Positions 41,764 through 56,236 of a stretch of DNA of 64,000 bases are shown piece after piece. The translations under genes were made by a program, and so were the position numbers. Each line of letters opens with the position of its first letter. The stretch's first letter is position 1. The notes under the pieces were generated by a model. It was not told the origin of the DNA, made no database searches, and saw only the letters and a list, made by a program, of their open reading frames with translations. Source of the DNA: Podarcis vaucheri (taxonomy: Eukaryota); the NCBI GenBank assembly GCA_965113315.1, contig OZ220370.1; one strand, given 5' to 3'.

Positions 41764-44700
41764 CATTGGGCAAATCAAAAGTTGAAAGACATGAACTACT
41801 ATTTAGTTTAGAATTACTGCATATTTTGATACGCTCGGGAAACCTTTGCCCCAATTTTTTAAATTTGGCATAATTTCTTATGGCAAAATGTCAATGATAA
41901 GTTAGATCAATTTCACAAATCATGTTACTACAGTTTTGTGACATTTTCCTAAAGAGATTGCACTGTAACAAATGTTTAAAGATTGACACAGTAATGCAAT
42001 ACACAGGTTAAGTTTATTTTTAAAGTGAAATAAAATCAGTACATGGGAATAAATGCACTCTTTCAATCAGCTAGGGCAGGGGTTGATAACTCTGCACCTG
42101 TGGATATCATGGTGCCAGTGAGGAATTCTAGGGGTGCCCCTGGGCAGGTGCCCCAGACTTTGAGCTATCATTTTTTTCAAAAAGGAAAGTCTGTAGCCAT
42201 CCTAGAAAGAAAGTTATGTGGCAAAATGTGCAGGTACCTTCTAAGCAATTTATACGAAATGAGAGTGGTGTGGTTACTTTCTATATTTTGCTGGTAACTG
42301 AGGAATGCTACCTGTTTTTATTAGACAGGAACACTATGAGAGGGAGGGAGGAGGTAGAGGGAGAGAGATATTGATAATTAGAACTAGCAGGGCATAGCAT
42401 ACTTACATGGTAAACATAGAGTTTTTGTGGGTAGTCTCTCTAATTTTGTGTGATGCGACGCTTCTTATGGCAACCATTTTGTGTTATACCACTACCCACG
42501 GCAGCTATTATATATTATGCCGCTCCTGCTCTAAGGAAGCAAGTTTCAAAATCTGCCCATTAATCCAAAAAGGCTTGATATCCCTGAGCTGCAGTCTAGG
42601 TATATGTACAGGAGGGAAAAAGTTAAAATCTGTAGTTTTATTTTTCAAAAGTGCATTTTCAAGAATTTCTTTTCTTTTTGTGATGATAAAAAATGTGGAA
42701 TTTTGATGTTATACCATGACTTGCAGCTGCTTTTTAAAATGACATTTTAGATTCTATATGTCTCCCTCCCCACCTGAGCTAATTAAATTAAGATAAATGG
42801 ACTATTTTTAAAAGCTACCTGAAAGGGAAAAATACTATCTTAAGAATGTTCAGTCCTCATATCCACAATGAAAGTCATTTACACATCTTTACTCAAACAA
42901 CCCACCTAGTTCCACTTCCCATAATCCTCTTTGCTCATTGAACAAAGTCATCATAGGCATGCCAGAAAGAAAACAGGGATAAAGTTCTTTCTGTTTGATA
43001 GAAATGCCTATGCAGCTTTTCGGGGAGGAGAAAAAGGAATAGTGGCCGTCAGCAAAACACAGATTTGGTATCTCAAACATAACCCAAATTACATCTGATT
43101 CACTGATCCTTTTCAATTCTTGCCCCTACCACATACTGACACAAAATCTTCCTGAGCACTGACATTTCTTTTGTCTTCATTTTAGCGGAAAAATGTAACA
43201 GAAAGGAGCAAGCATCTTAGGGGAAACAATAATGCTTGTATTTAGATGACTGCTTTTGTTTTCTAATGCAGACAAAGTATAGAGATTCAAGTTTCTCTTG
43301 TGCTCAGATTATTTAACAAACAGATGGCAAGTACAAGTCTGTATATACTCATGTGGAACTTTTTCTAAGCTTGCGAAATTGAAAGAAGAGGAGAATAATA
43401 AATGCAATTTATTCAGTACAAAGAAGCAGCAATACAAACAAATACACGTATCCAAACATATGATTCTGGACAATAAAAGCAGCTTTAAATATGAATGCCA
43501 TATAGTTATTAATTTTAGTAAACTAAGAGTACCACTTAGAGGATGATCTTGCACGTGGAGGTTTTTTTGCCAATTCCTCTCTGCCCGATGCCTCCAGCAC
43601 CCCCTCTTGCACTGTGCTGTGACTTGAGTGGGGATCCCTCTGGAAAAGTGAGAGGTGGTGCTAGGGGTTGCAGGAGGAGAAGGAGGTGCGAATCAGCAAG
43701 GATTGCCTTGTGTCTTTCACCAGTTTTGCTGGATTCAAAGTCTTTGGTGGGCAAAAGGAGCCTTTCAGTCATGGAAGGCAATGCCTAGATTCTATAACAG
43801 AATTAAGAGTGTCAGAAGTCTGACATCTATAATAAAAAAGGTTGGAACATTCCGAATAGAAGAGGAAGCAAAAATAAAAGTTCCACAGAAAGGTTTAAGG
43901 CCAGAACATGTGGAGTTTGTTTTCTCCTTCATCTTCCAAATATTAGGGACATCAGCCAGACAAACTGACAAATTGATTCTGGAATTAATAAAACTTTAAC
44001 CAATGACAAATAAAAAATATCATTAGAGTGAGTGCCAGATGGCTTTTTTTGGGGACAGAGTTCCACAGTTGGAATACTATCACCTAAAAGGCTCTCACCA
44101 ATTGTGCTTTGGATATAGCAAGGACCCAAAGGAGAACTTCTTCAGCTGATTTGAAGGGAGGAGACAATCCTCCTTAAGATATACCGTACCCTAGCCTATA
44201 TACAATTATCCATCATCTTCACAAGCTCTCAAAATATGGAGACGAGGAGAATAATAATAGTAATAGCAATGTAATAATACTATTACTTCACTTGATCAGG
44301 ACACTATACTTCTGTTGATGCAACCTGAAATACCACTCGCATCCATGGCAAGGAACGGTTAGTGAGCATTCTTTGGTTGTTCTGTCAGCTGAACCACTGT
44401 TATAGGAATTCTAAGGTCTCAAATATAGAATAAATGTTGATAATTGCACAAGGTAAACACACTTACATAAGTATATAAACCACATGTCTAAAATAGTATG
44501 GGATAGCAATCCAAAAGCCATCTTGGCTCTCCTAAAGACTCTTAATATTTCCTGTCTCCTTAATCCCCCTTTCCTGAGGACAGGTAGCAGATATCAGTAA
44601 GGGGAAGTTCCTGAAGGGATTCCTCTCCTATATCTATGAGCCTCCTTTGTATTAATTGGCACTGTTTGCCCAGATGCTATGCATTGAGGGATGTCTGATG

Positions 44701-45084
44701 GGCATCCTGATTGTCTTATCAAAAGCTAACGTTTTGTGTAAATTGTGTCTGGAACTATGTAAACTTGCTAAATCCTCAGGAATATCACACCTTGGCCTGC
44801 CTGAGCCACAGTAACCCCACCTTATGTGTGATGCAATTTCTTACTGTTTGTAGAGGGGATGTCCTTCTCTGCGCCAAAATGCAAACCCTTAAAAGAGATG
44901 TTTCTTCTCTTGCCTCCTTGCTAGGAGGGAAGGGAACTCCGTTGCAGCAGAAAAATAAAGATTTGCCTTGCTTTCACTGCATCCTGTCTCCATCAATTCA
45001 TCTCTGGCCGATCATGGACTTAGGAGACTCAGGGGAGGTCAGCAGCAAAAGCCAACCACCCCTATTTTTCTTTATCACCACCTA

Positions 45085-45530
45085 ACAGTTACCTCATCCT
45101 GTCCACATTTTACCAGCTTCTCCACAAGAAAAAATGGAGCACTTTGTAAAAAGTCTTACTGAAATCAAGATACACTATGTCCACAACATTCCCCTGATCC
45201 ATCAAGCTTGTAACTCTGTCAATGAAATAAGGAGATTAGTCTGGCATGGCTTGTTGTTGGGAAACCCATGCTGGGTCTTAGTAATCCTTTTCTAAGTGCT
45301 CATAGACCGACTGTTTAATTATCTGCTCTAGGACCTTTCCTGGTATTGATGCCAAGCTTATCAGTTGGTGGTTGCCTGCGTCTTCTCCCCCACCTTTTGA
45401 AGATAGGGACAACATTTGCACACCTCCAGTCTGCAGAGACCTCACCTGTTCTCCAAGGACTCTCAATAGACTGAGGCTCTGAGGTTACATCCACAAGCTC
45501 CTTTAGTACCCTTGGGTGCAGTTCATTGTG
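45085..45530 (-). mobile_element. CR1 LINE ORF2 (reverse transcriptase region) fragment, decayed
   Basis: GNHQLISLASIPGKVLEQIIKQSVYEHLE matches the CR1 motif GNYRPVSLTSIPGKILEQII; QHGF and VDIVYLDFSK-like motifs follow with frameshifts. Confidence 0.85.
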
Positions 45531-46543
45531 CCCTTACCATCTCTTTTCCTGTTTTGGGCATGAAGGTTGGAAGAGCCTCATGAATGATGTGGGATGGCGG
45601 TAAGGAGGGCTGCTTGGGGAATCACACTGGTGGAGGCAAGACTGATTGAGCTGTGCAAAGGCACCAGTGGGATAAAAGGCACCTTCGCAGAGTCAATTCT
45701 GCAGTCTCAGCCATGAACCAGCACCAGAGGTGGATTTAGGAAACTGGATGTGGAGCCCTGGGGACACTGCAGGGCATGCCACAACTATGATGTAGACTGG
45801 AAGATGAGAGGTGCCCAATTTTGATGTCGCCAAGGGCACTGCTGAAATTTGCACTGGCCTCAATCTACTTCCGTTTATAACCACCCATATCCAAGTCAGC
45901 CAGGAGAGAGTGGGGATGGGCTCAGTTAGAAAGCTATTTTGCATGCTCCCCTACATCTTATTAAAGAGAGAGAGACCTCAGTTCAGGCATGTTCTTTACC
46001 CTCCTACAGATAATCTTTTCAGCCGAAAGAAGATTAAAAATCCAACAGCTATAAAGCAGAACACGTGTCAAATCAAATGTACAAAATTTATTCTATTTTT
46101 ATTAGCAAGGCTTTTAATTTCATACGTGAATAGGTAAACTATGGCAACTGTAGCGTTCTGAGAGAACAGCATGAATAGCATAGATGTATTTACAGCACTA
46201 TACCAGAAGAGATATAAATAAAAAAATAATAAAGTCTGAGGAATATTTTATCAGTTCATTGACTTGTATTATAAAAAGTGGCTGAAGTGTCAAGCTTCAT
46301 CGCATCTGGACAACCTTTAAGAAATTTTCATTATTTTTCAGATATCTGCCCTTGCAATCAAATATTGTCTAGTAAATTCATGCATGTGAATGCAGCAGAC
46401 GTCACACTGAGAAACCCTTTCAAAAGTTCAGGCTTGGATATGTTAATATTTGGCACTTGAAAACAAGGGCAAAGGCACAACAAGTGCATGCAGCTCTTGA
46501 GTCTGTAGCTAGATTTAACAGTATTTTGAATTGGTGACAGCTA

Positions 46544-46775
46544 CAGTGGAACCTCATGTTACATACTATCCTCCTTGCAAATGCTTCGGGTTATGAGCTC
46601 CACTAACCCAGAAGTAGATGCTCCTGGTTGCGAACTTTGCCCTGGGATGCGAGAGGAAGTCGCACGCTAGCAGTGCGGGGCGCCATTAGCAAAAGTGCTA
46701 CCTCATGTTAAGAATGGTTTCGGCTTAAGAATGGACCTCTGGAACGAATTAAGTTCGTAACCGGAGGTACCACTG
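46544..46775. mobile_element. Tc1/mariner (pogo/Tigger-like) MITE
   Basis: TA|cagtggaacctc...gaggtaccactg|TA. Confidence 0.8.
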
Positions 46776-47062
46776 TACTTGCAATATTCCTGTGACAACA
46801 GAATAAAATCCTGTGACAACAGAATAAAATAAATAACAGATTGCCAGTGGAATGCACAATTTGCAGATCATTAAGAAAATAAATAAACAGGAGACTAGTG
46901 TGCAAAAAGATAGTCATTGCACTAATTTTTAAATATTATTCTCTACAGCTGTTTGAATAAATTTCATAGATTATTTGTTCTGTGGCAAAAGCAAAAATAT
47001 TTTGACTGCAAGCCTCATTCCACTGAACAAAGACTGTAGATTACTAATGAAACCAACTATTC

Positions 47063-47338
47063 TGGGTGAACCCTTCTGCACATTCAGAAACTGGCAGCTT
47101 ACTCCTGAGTAGGAAAAACAGACTGGTGGGAGGCCCTGGCACATCAAAAGCCAATGCCTGCTCAGCCCCTCGCTTGTTTGCCAGGCCCTGGTGCCGCAGG
47201 CTTTGGATGGCGCGAGCCCTCCTCTTTCCCCAGCCCCGGCATGGAAGCTAAGGCCCTGCTGGGGCGATGGCACGTGTGCCCACAGAGAGGGCCCTGAATG
47301 CCCTCTCTGGCACGCATCCCATAGGTTCACCACCACTG
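47063..47338. mobile_element. hAT-type element fragment
   Basis: Right end ggcacgcatcccataggttcaccaccactg; partial TSD (ctattc) on both sides. Confidence 0.45.
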
Positions 47339-48069
47339 GCCTATTCTACTCAACTTGCTTGATGTTGGGTAGAAAAGTCACATTTGCTAGCTAGTGGGAG
47401 GAAGTAGCACCAAGGTGAACGGAGAAGTCCTTCAATTTACCCGCAGCACAATCACTGAACACTCTGATAACCCTGAACTAGACACAACTTCCCCCTCTTT
47501 AATTAGAGGCCTTTAGATGTTAACTTGACAGAGCTTTGTACATGTCACATTAAGATAGTATGCTTTTGAAAGAAACAACAATCTCACCGACATATCAGTC
47601 AATCCTTCTCTTCAAACCAGGCCCGAACTGAAAGAAATATTTTGCTTGCACAAAACTGGTGAAATGTTTGCTGTTTACTTCTTTGAACAGATGATCCCTC
47701 CTACGCACCCCATCCCTGCTGCAATGGCATATCACACATTGCTTTTTAATCTTTCCTCAATTCCAAAATCAGATTTATTTCAATTATTTTTAGCTTGCCT
47801 TTAGATAAAAGTTCTTTCAAGACAGCTTACAGGAAATATCAAATTACAATGTGTGTCTGCACACTCACATGCAATAAGCAATATCAACATATAAATGTGA
47901 TTAGGATCCTTCTCCCAGGACAGCTGTTGGAAGACAACTGTGGTAGCCAAGAGAAAGTCCAGCTGAACCAAGCCCTGAGATGGTCTATGCCTTCATCTCT
48001 CGGAAAAAGTCTAATTCATGTTGTTTAGGCGGGGGGAGGGGGGAATAAAACAAAGGTTGAAATCCTATA

Positions 48070-48298
48070 CAGTGGAACCTCGGGTTGCGGACGTAATCCG
48101 TGACGGAGGCACGTCCACAACCCGCAGTTTTCGCATCCTGAAGCGCCACGTCTGTGCAGGTGCTGGCGCGATTTGGTGCTTCTGCGCATGTGCGAGCAGC
48201 GAAACCTGGAAGCAACCAATTCCGGTACTTCCATGTTTCCCGGGGTCTGTAACCCAAAAACACGTAACCTGAAGCATCCGTAATATGAGGTATGACTG
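48070..48298. mobile_element. Tc1/mariner (pogo/Tigger-like) MITE
   Basis: TA|cagtggaacctcgggttg...atgaggtatgactg|TA; CpG-rich interior. Confidence 0.8.
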
Positions 48299-51200
48299 TA
48301 CAGTACATGCTTACCTGGAAATGACCCATTAAACTCAGTGGGAATTACTTCAGAGTAAACATGTACTGTGTAGCTTCTGTGGACTCATGGAAATACTTCC
48401 ACCATTCTTTCTATCATGGGGCAAAACTAATGTCCACTCAGAAATTTAGGGATTGGCAGCCTGGAAGAGGCCATTCTCTGCAGCAACCCCACAGTTGTGA
48501 AATTCCTTTTCCATAAGAAGTGGATCTGGCGCTATCATTGCATAGCTTTCATTATATGCTGAAGATACACCTCCTTTGAATATCTGAAATTATTATTCTT
48601 AGGACTCATACTATTGTTTTGATATAAATGATGTCAACTGATTTTAATATTGTGTTTTTATATTGTTGTAATCTGTCCTGGTCATTATGGTATAGGATGA
48701 GCAAAGAATCCTAATCATCATCATTCAATTTGAGAGAAGCAAGCTTTTTCAGTTGAGATTATATTTCCATAAGAAAGACTGAAAGAATCTACATTGGAAA
48801 AATAATGTTTAGAAGCATGGTCTTTTGAGTCTGTTCTATTTCTGCTAGACATATTTTAGGTGTCTTGTCAGAATATAAAAAGAGGAAAACCTAAATTAAA
48901 ACAAAAAGATGTTCTGGCAATCAAAGTATTGGATAGAACTACCTTCTTGTTGAAATACACATGAGTACAAAAGCTACACAGCACAAATACATATGATAAT
49001 GCAAAAGGGAAGGAAGATGTCTGGAGTTGAAGTACAAATAAATGAAAAAAGATGCAAATGTTATAGCATTCAGCTAAGGAGCCTCTCATGTTACAATGTC
49101 AGCACAAATTTAGACATATTTTAAAACACAGTGCCAAAACAGTGCTGTGCAAATTTATGCAATGTGTTCCAGGTAGCACCCTACTTAGGAAACAGGCTTC
49201 TGTAGTCCTGACTGAATCACTTTAATTCAACCATCAAATTTTAGTATAGTACTGAAGAAGGAGAAAAAAGGAAATGAGCAGACAGTTTGATATATAGGTA
49301 TATTTGTTTCCTGTGATAAATCAAGCAAGTTTTTTGCCCGGGACTTTCCAGTAGTCCCAGCTAAATGAAAAATACAAAATACTGCACTTGATATTCAACC
49401 TGTGCTAGATTGAGATAACGGGGGGAAATGGCAAGAGGCTTGATTGATTATAGTAGAATGAAAATTCTACTTTTAGAAAAGCCTTAAGGGCAAGAGTAGA
49501 ATATTACCTTTGAGGAATCCATTGCAGAGAGAACAAATTACATGAATTTGGAGATCACTGAATATAATACATGCACTACAATGAGGGCCTCCAATATGAT
49601 GTGACTCATAAATAGATTTCATTAATGCATTCAGAAACAATCCAGAGTTAACTTTACAACGACTAACTGCTGAATGTCCTCAGTCACAAGCCATGACATA
49701 TGCTTCACACCTCACAATGTCAAATAATGTTTCTCAGCAAAATCTCTTATTTTAGAGATATGGAAAGAACCAGAAACCTGTTTGCTTCCGACATTACATT
49801 ACGATACACAGCTTATAAGAGTCTTCTCCAAAACCAGTAAGCTCCCAGAAAGATGGGAAGTGGCATATCCTTCTTGCAACCTAAATTCAGCCCAGTTAAT
49901 AGTTCCTCCTCAAGCTCCCAAAAGGATGTTTGTTTTCCTTGTTCTTGCTTCTCTCTATTAGGATCCCGTGCGCCAATTTTAAGGATCTGTTACAGCCTTT
50001 TTCTTCTGCCTCACTGGGACCTGCTCATCTTCATCTCTCTCTGCCTCCTGCTCCCTTGTTTTTTATTCTCTCCTGGATTCCAATTGTCGCTCACATGTAG
50101 AAGAGGCCTCCACACCATCACCAGCTTTTACCACGGTGCCACTGGCTGGAGGACACAGAGGGAAAGTCCTTCTCTCTCCTCCACTGGCCAAAGCAGGTGC
50201 TGCCTCTTGCACCCAGAAGACTCCTTGAAGCTCCAGGTCCCCTCCCCAACAACAGGTCATTCGGAAGGGGAGTGTAAATTATGGGCAATTTAAGGTAATT
50301 TTGACTATACACAAACTGTGTCTTACCCACTGACTTTAGAACCTATTCCCTGTGCAAGATGTCTTCCACTGTCTCTTGAGACAGACGGGTGCTAACAATA
50401 TCACAGTTCTAATACTGTCAGAGAGAAAGGGAAACAATGAAGCACTTGGCTTTCTGTGCAGCACAGTGGTGAATTCATCCAATACACAGCTCTTTTCCTC
50501 ACTGTCCCCAACTCAGTTACCCTCTCAGCACACTAACATACTGAGTACAGAGTTTGGACATCATTCTCCTAAGAAAAACCCTCTGGACCAAACTAAGTGT
50601 TTATTGAATTGAGTAGTGTGCAGCAATGTTTCTTGTTTTCCCTTTAATAATTATAAGGAGCAATGCCTTCCCAGTAAGAAGTAGGTTCCCATGTGCATGC
50701 AATTATTTAAAGAAGAACAATATACCGTATTGATGAGGTCCCCCCCCCCAGTTTTTTAAATTTAAAAATGTGGGTCGTCTTATAGGAATTAAAGATATAA
50801 ATACAGTACTTGCCACCATACATGCTCTGGCAGTTGCAGCTCCTCGCAGGGGCAAGCCACGGGGCCTCCGCAGTCTGCTTGCCTCCTCCCACTCAGCCCA
50901 CCCTACAGCTGGGAGGGAGGCTGAAGGTGGTCCGTTTGTGCTGCGCAAAGTCCGGGTGGTGGCTCCGCACGATCGGCAGCACCGCTCCAGTTGGCTGCGG
51001 CAATCAAAGAAATGTAAGCCCTCCGCGCCTTTCCCTCAGGGCCTCCTGCTTGCCTCCTCCCACTGAGCCCGCCCTATAGCTGATGGGTGGTCTGTTTGTG
51101 CCACACAGAGTCTGCAGCCGGTTATGCACGAGCATCACTGCTACTCTACTTGGCCACATCAATAGAAGTAATATCAAAACTGAGAACATGGCTCTTGACC

Positions 51201-51356
51201 ATTTTGCTGCAACAGAACCATGCAAACATTTACAAACTATAATTGTTTACAGTAGGAGTTGGGAACCTTTGGCTCTCCAGATGTTGCTGAAGTATGACTT
51301 CTGTCAACCCTAGCAAGCATGGCCAATGGCCAGAGATGGTGAGAGTTGTGATTCAG

Positions 51357-51485
51357 CATAGAATTGTAGAGTTGGAAGGGACCTTGAGGGTCATCTGGTC
51401 CAATCCCCTGCAATGAAGGAAATGTTTGCCCAACCTGAGCTAGAACTTGCAACCTTGAGATTAAGAGTCTCATGCTCTACTAACC
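51357..51485 (-). mobile_element. SINE with tRNA-Lys(CTT)-like head and CR1-type tail, abutting a truncated MITE
   Basis: Minus strand gtagagcatgagactcttaatctcaaggttgcaagttctagctcaggttgggca...ccttccaactctacaattctatg. Confidence 0.78.
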
Positions 51486-53244
51486 TAGAGGACTTTAGTT
51501 TGTATACACAAAAGAAATAATTGCCTTGCACATCTAACTGCAGTACCTACTGATATAAACCTTTCTCTTTGGGGGCAATTATTACCATCTTGTATCCAGC
51601 AGTCTAAATGTAACATCTGGGAAAACTAGACTCAGGAAGGAGTTTCATATTGTATCTTATAACTTTTGAAATTATTCATGTTAGAATTTTCTTATCCAAT
51701 GCATGAAGTGTTGTCCAATTTCTAACAAGATGCATTTTATATGCATACAGAACAGTTTCTGGAAGACAGAATAAACTCAGTCACTGAAACAATATACAGA
51801 ATTGCAGCTTAGAACAAAACTGCAAAGCATGAAATGACAACCTGCTATCAGCCGCTGAGAGCCTGAAATTCAGCACTGGCAGCTAAAACAACTGAACTCT
51901 TCCACCACCATTTCAGCAAATTGATGATACCATCTGCATGGCAGTTAGAATACAAGCCATGCCAATCTACTTACTAAAAGCCAAGCCTATGTTTAAACTC
52001 ATGAGATGCTGTTTCACTTTATTCCGTTCTTTTAAAGAGACACTGCATTCGGATTCTGAGTTTTTAAAGTCACACCTGGTGGATAATGAATACACGAAAA
52101 TGAACACTGATTTTACAGTTGGAAAATTAGGCTACACTCATAATATTCCTTTTCTTCCCAGTCTCTTTTCCCTTGGGTATTGTGGGGGGTTTTTGGATTG
52201 TAAGTCTGGATTGCCTTCTTTTTAATTGATTTTATGTAAGCTGCTATGGGAGGCTTTTTTTGCTGAAGAGCTGGGTACAAATGCTCTAAATAAATAAGAT
52301 AATAATAATGGTTTGCCAGTGTGGGGACAATTCAAAATAGCACAAACTATTTAAAGGCAAAGAAAATACATATAGATCGCTTGAGATATATTACCAAGGC
52401 ATTTCTGCTTTTTATTTTCCTTTTTCCTTCATTTCCTCATTTTTAACTTAGCTGGCTAGCCAACAACGTTAGGTCTATCAATGGAGACATTTAAATCTGC
52501 TTAGCTTCCTTGCAAGATCAATGTGTAACTGTTAACCTCATTAATGGAATACTAATAGAATGCCCATCAACTTTATTGGGGTGACCAAAGGGACCTTGGC
52601 CCCCAGGAATTGGCTCCTATACTGGGAGGAAGAGGGCGAGGCGGTGGCGAGGTTGTGTGGTGCAAACCTGCTATAAGAAGCCACACAACCTCACCCTTCA
52701 GCCACCCCAATGACGTTGATGGGCATTACCATTCAAATGGTATGTGTGCACCACATCTTGTGATTGATTATGAAGGCTGGGGCTTACCTGAGTCTCCCCC
52801 CCCCCAAAAAAAAAAACTTATTCAAGTTGGCACCCCTGCCTCCCAATATATAGCACTGACTCAACAGGAAGGAGGTCAGGGGAGTGGTGCAGCCCACCAT
52901 GCCATCCACTAGTACCACTGATAGCTAGATTCTCCTCTCTCCTCCTAGTGGTCAGGGCATTGGCAATGCACCAATCTCAGCCCTTCCCATTCCAGTATGC
53001 AGCAGTGTAAGGTGTAGAATGAACCTACATACATGTAAATATAATGTGTGCTATTCCACTCAATAGTACAGACCTATTGAAATAATGAATATGACCAAGT
53101 TATGTCCATAAATTTCAATAGGTTTCCTCTGAATAAAACTTAGTTGAATACTACTCTGTGGGGAGGAGGACACGCTGAGGCGGGAGGGGGGCTATTCTTC
53201 CTGCTTTCTAATGCAGCTTTGATGCTTGCTATGAGCCAGACTAA

Positions 53245-53558
53245 GGGATGCGGGTGGCGCTGTGGGTTAAACCACAGAGCCTAGGACTTGCCTATCAGAA
53301 GGTCGGTGGTTCGAATCCCCACGACAGGGTGCGCTCCCCGTCAAAGTACAAGTAGATAAACAGGTACCACTCCGGCGGGAAGGTAAATGGTGTTTCCATG
53401 CACTGCTCTGGTTCGCCAGAAGTGGCTTAGTCATACTAGCCACATGACCCGGAAGCTGTACGCCGGCTCCCTAGGCCAATAAAGCGAGATGAGCGCCGCA
53501 ACCCCAAAGTCAGTCATGACTGGACCTAATGGTCAGGGGTCCCTTTACCTTTACCTTT
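53245..53558 (+). mobile_element. Sauria SINE (older subfamily, internal deletion) with TSD
   Basis: gggatgcgggtggcgctgtgggttaaacc...ggttcgaatccc...ccctttacctttaccttt; TSD core gagccagact at 53233-53242 and 53561-53570. Confidence 0.92.
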
Positions 53559-55164
53559 ACGAGCCAGACTCACACCTTGTGTGAAGAACTTATTGAAACA
53601 CCACAGCCAAAATGCAATAACAGCCTTCATCCAATATCAGCACACAAATGCTAAGTATTTTATATCTACTTATATTCCGTTAAATGAAAGAGGATTTAAT
53701 TATTCATACATTCACATGAAACCCAGCAGGAAATGTCTTATGGTGGTGCAAGGCAATACCTGCAAACAACAATTCATCACACAGTTGTCATAAACATACA
53801 CTATATGGGCAACAAAACAAGACAACATGGAAAATACAAGTAAGCTGCAGCCTGAAGAAAAGCATATGCATCAACTGAGTGTGGGACTGAAAAAGCAAAG
53901 GGCAGCAGCAGAAATAAAACGTAATTTATCTAAAGTACATAGCTGATCTAAAATTAGCTGTGTTTGAAGACTGGCTATTGGAAATAAAATGGTTGGTTTG
54001 CCAACAGTGGATGTTTTCCCCCCTTAGAAAGCACGGTGACTCGGCTGTCTAATATATATGCATAGGTGTTTTGATAAGCCAACACTTAGTCATTTCATTA
54101 ACAAGAATTTGCTTTTCCGAGGAAAGTAGAATTTTTTTTTTTTAACATGCAACCATATGCACTTTACAAGAGGGGTGGGGAAGCTTTTTTGCTCCACTGG
54201 CCAGATCCTTATGAGGATCTGCCTCATGGGCCAAATGTGACAGGTGGTCCTCTTCTTTTTAGAAGCATGCTGCTTCCTGCAAGGTGCCCAGAAGACCCAA
54301 CTTCAGGACTCCATATTCCAGCAAAACTATACATATTTGGGCATGTAAAAGAGTTCTCAGCAGCAAGCTCTCTCCCTCACATGCACACCCCCAAAAAGTT
54401 GATCTCCCTTCGCACCACTAAACTCTCTCCCCCCCTCCTTTCTCACCACTGCTATTTGAAAACATGTGCAGCCAAAGCAAGCATCCCAATTTTCCCCTAA
54501 GCAAGGGGGAGAGGATGAGGGAGAAGGCTAAAGTTCTCGCTTCCCCTCGCCTCGTACTTGGGAGCGGCCGACTGCTTTGGCTGCGTACCTGTGCTCCCAA
54601 GAGGGAACAGGCATTGGCAGCTAAACTGAGCCCTTTGCAAACTGCTCCACATCAGTTAGTTAAGTGTTTTTATTTATTTCCTTGATTTAGGGAGGCAGCT
54701 GCCCTCTGCCCCTCTGGCCAAGCCCATGGGCTAACGGGGCTGTTTCAAAGAGCTGTGCTGGGAGGGAAAAGCAGTTTACATTGACTGGAATCCACTTCTC
54801 CCTCCTTGAGCAAGGTTTGCTTCTGCCACCCATCAGCTGATGTACACTGTGCCTTGCTCCAGTGAAGAAAACATCAAGAGCCCTCCCCAAACCCCTAAGC
54901 ACTTCTGGAACAACTAGGCGCCCCTGGGGGAATTGCATCTCCCAAGGATGCAATTCTCATAAAGCTCCACAATGACTCTATTTGGCCATTATTATTCATG
55001 CCTCATACAGCTATATAACAAGACACCCACTTGAGGGCAGAAGCAGCCATTCCATTCTTGAGCAAACACAATCCATACTCTCTACTCCAGCAATGTAACA
55101 GTATTGTTTAGGTAGCTGGAAAAGGGACTGGAACTCTCCCCAGCATTTGCACAACTGTCTAAGC

Positions 55165-55340
55165 CAGTGGTTCCCAATTACCTACATACTACGTTTTTCA
55201 AAAGCCAAGTGATGGGTCCCCTACTTCTGAAAAATTTGACATTTCTATGGTGGTTTTTGTTATGTGAATGGTGCCACAGACCCCTTGTGTGGGTTTCATG
55301 GAACCCCTGGTGTCTGCAGACCACCAAAAGGGAACTACTG
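55165..55340. mobile_element. hAT-Charlie-like MITE
   Basis: cagtggttccc...gggaactactg; 8-bp TSD gtctaagc / ctctaagt (6 of 8 match). Confidence 0.7.
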
Positions 55341-55544
55341 CTCTAAGTCAAATTTTGGCTTAGTGTGAATGTACAAGCTTCTGGAGAGGAGCTCGCAGTG
55401 GCTTTGCTCTTCCCTGGTTCTCTTCTGCTGCACCATGAAGAGATACAGAAAGGTTTATCATCTGAACCCAGGGTCATGGTTACACTGTCTGCAGACTAGC
55501 TGCAAATGGTGACCAAAAACATACCTTAGTTACAGCTCCATGGC

Positions 55545-55974
55545 TAGTCAGGGCCTTTTCAACACTGGCTGCAGCCTGGTGGAACACTCTGTCTCATGAG
55601 ACCAGGGCCCTGCATGATCTGATTTCTTTCTGCAGGGCCTGTAAGACAGGAGTTGTTTCGCCTGGCCTTCTGCTTGGAATCAATTTGATTCTCTCCCTCT
55701 CTTTCTTTTTTCCTTTCTCCTTCTGTGATGGAACTCCTATTTGGGGACTTCCCTGGCCCATGTAGAACCAGTCTGGATAGTTAGCCTTGGTGAAGACTTG
55801 ACGTTTTCAACCCTCCCCCCCAAGTTTTTGATTTGAGTTTCCACTGAAATGAGGCTGTATTTTATTGGTGTATTTTAATCTTGTTTTTAAGTTGTATTTC
55901 AATCAATTGTTTTTATATCGGGTGTTAGCCGCATTGAGACTGGTCTTGGCTGGGGAGGGTGGGATATAAATAAA

Positions 55975-56023
<49 letters not shown>
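55545..56023 (+). mobile_element. L2 LINE 3' end with (TTA)n tail
   Basis: Decayed ORF2 end agggccttttc...tggtggaacactctg...tgtaagacaggagttgtttcgcctggccttc; tgttagccgcattgag...gggatataaataaaat(tta)n. Confidence 0.75.
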
Positions 56024-56024
<1 letters not shown>

Positions 56025-56184
56025 TGGAGAGTGAGCCAAGGTTTGGACAACATGTTAAGTCAAGCCTTGGCTTAGTTCAGTACAGCAGCTAGAATGACTG
56101 GTGGAAGCCCAAGGTGGCTGTAAGCTCCTCTCCAGGAGACCCCATGTTTGCACTGAGCCAAGGTTTGACATAGTGTGGAGTGTA

Positions 56185-56236
<52 letters not shown>

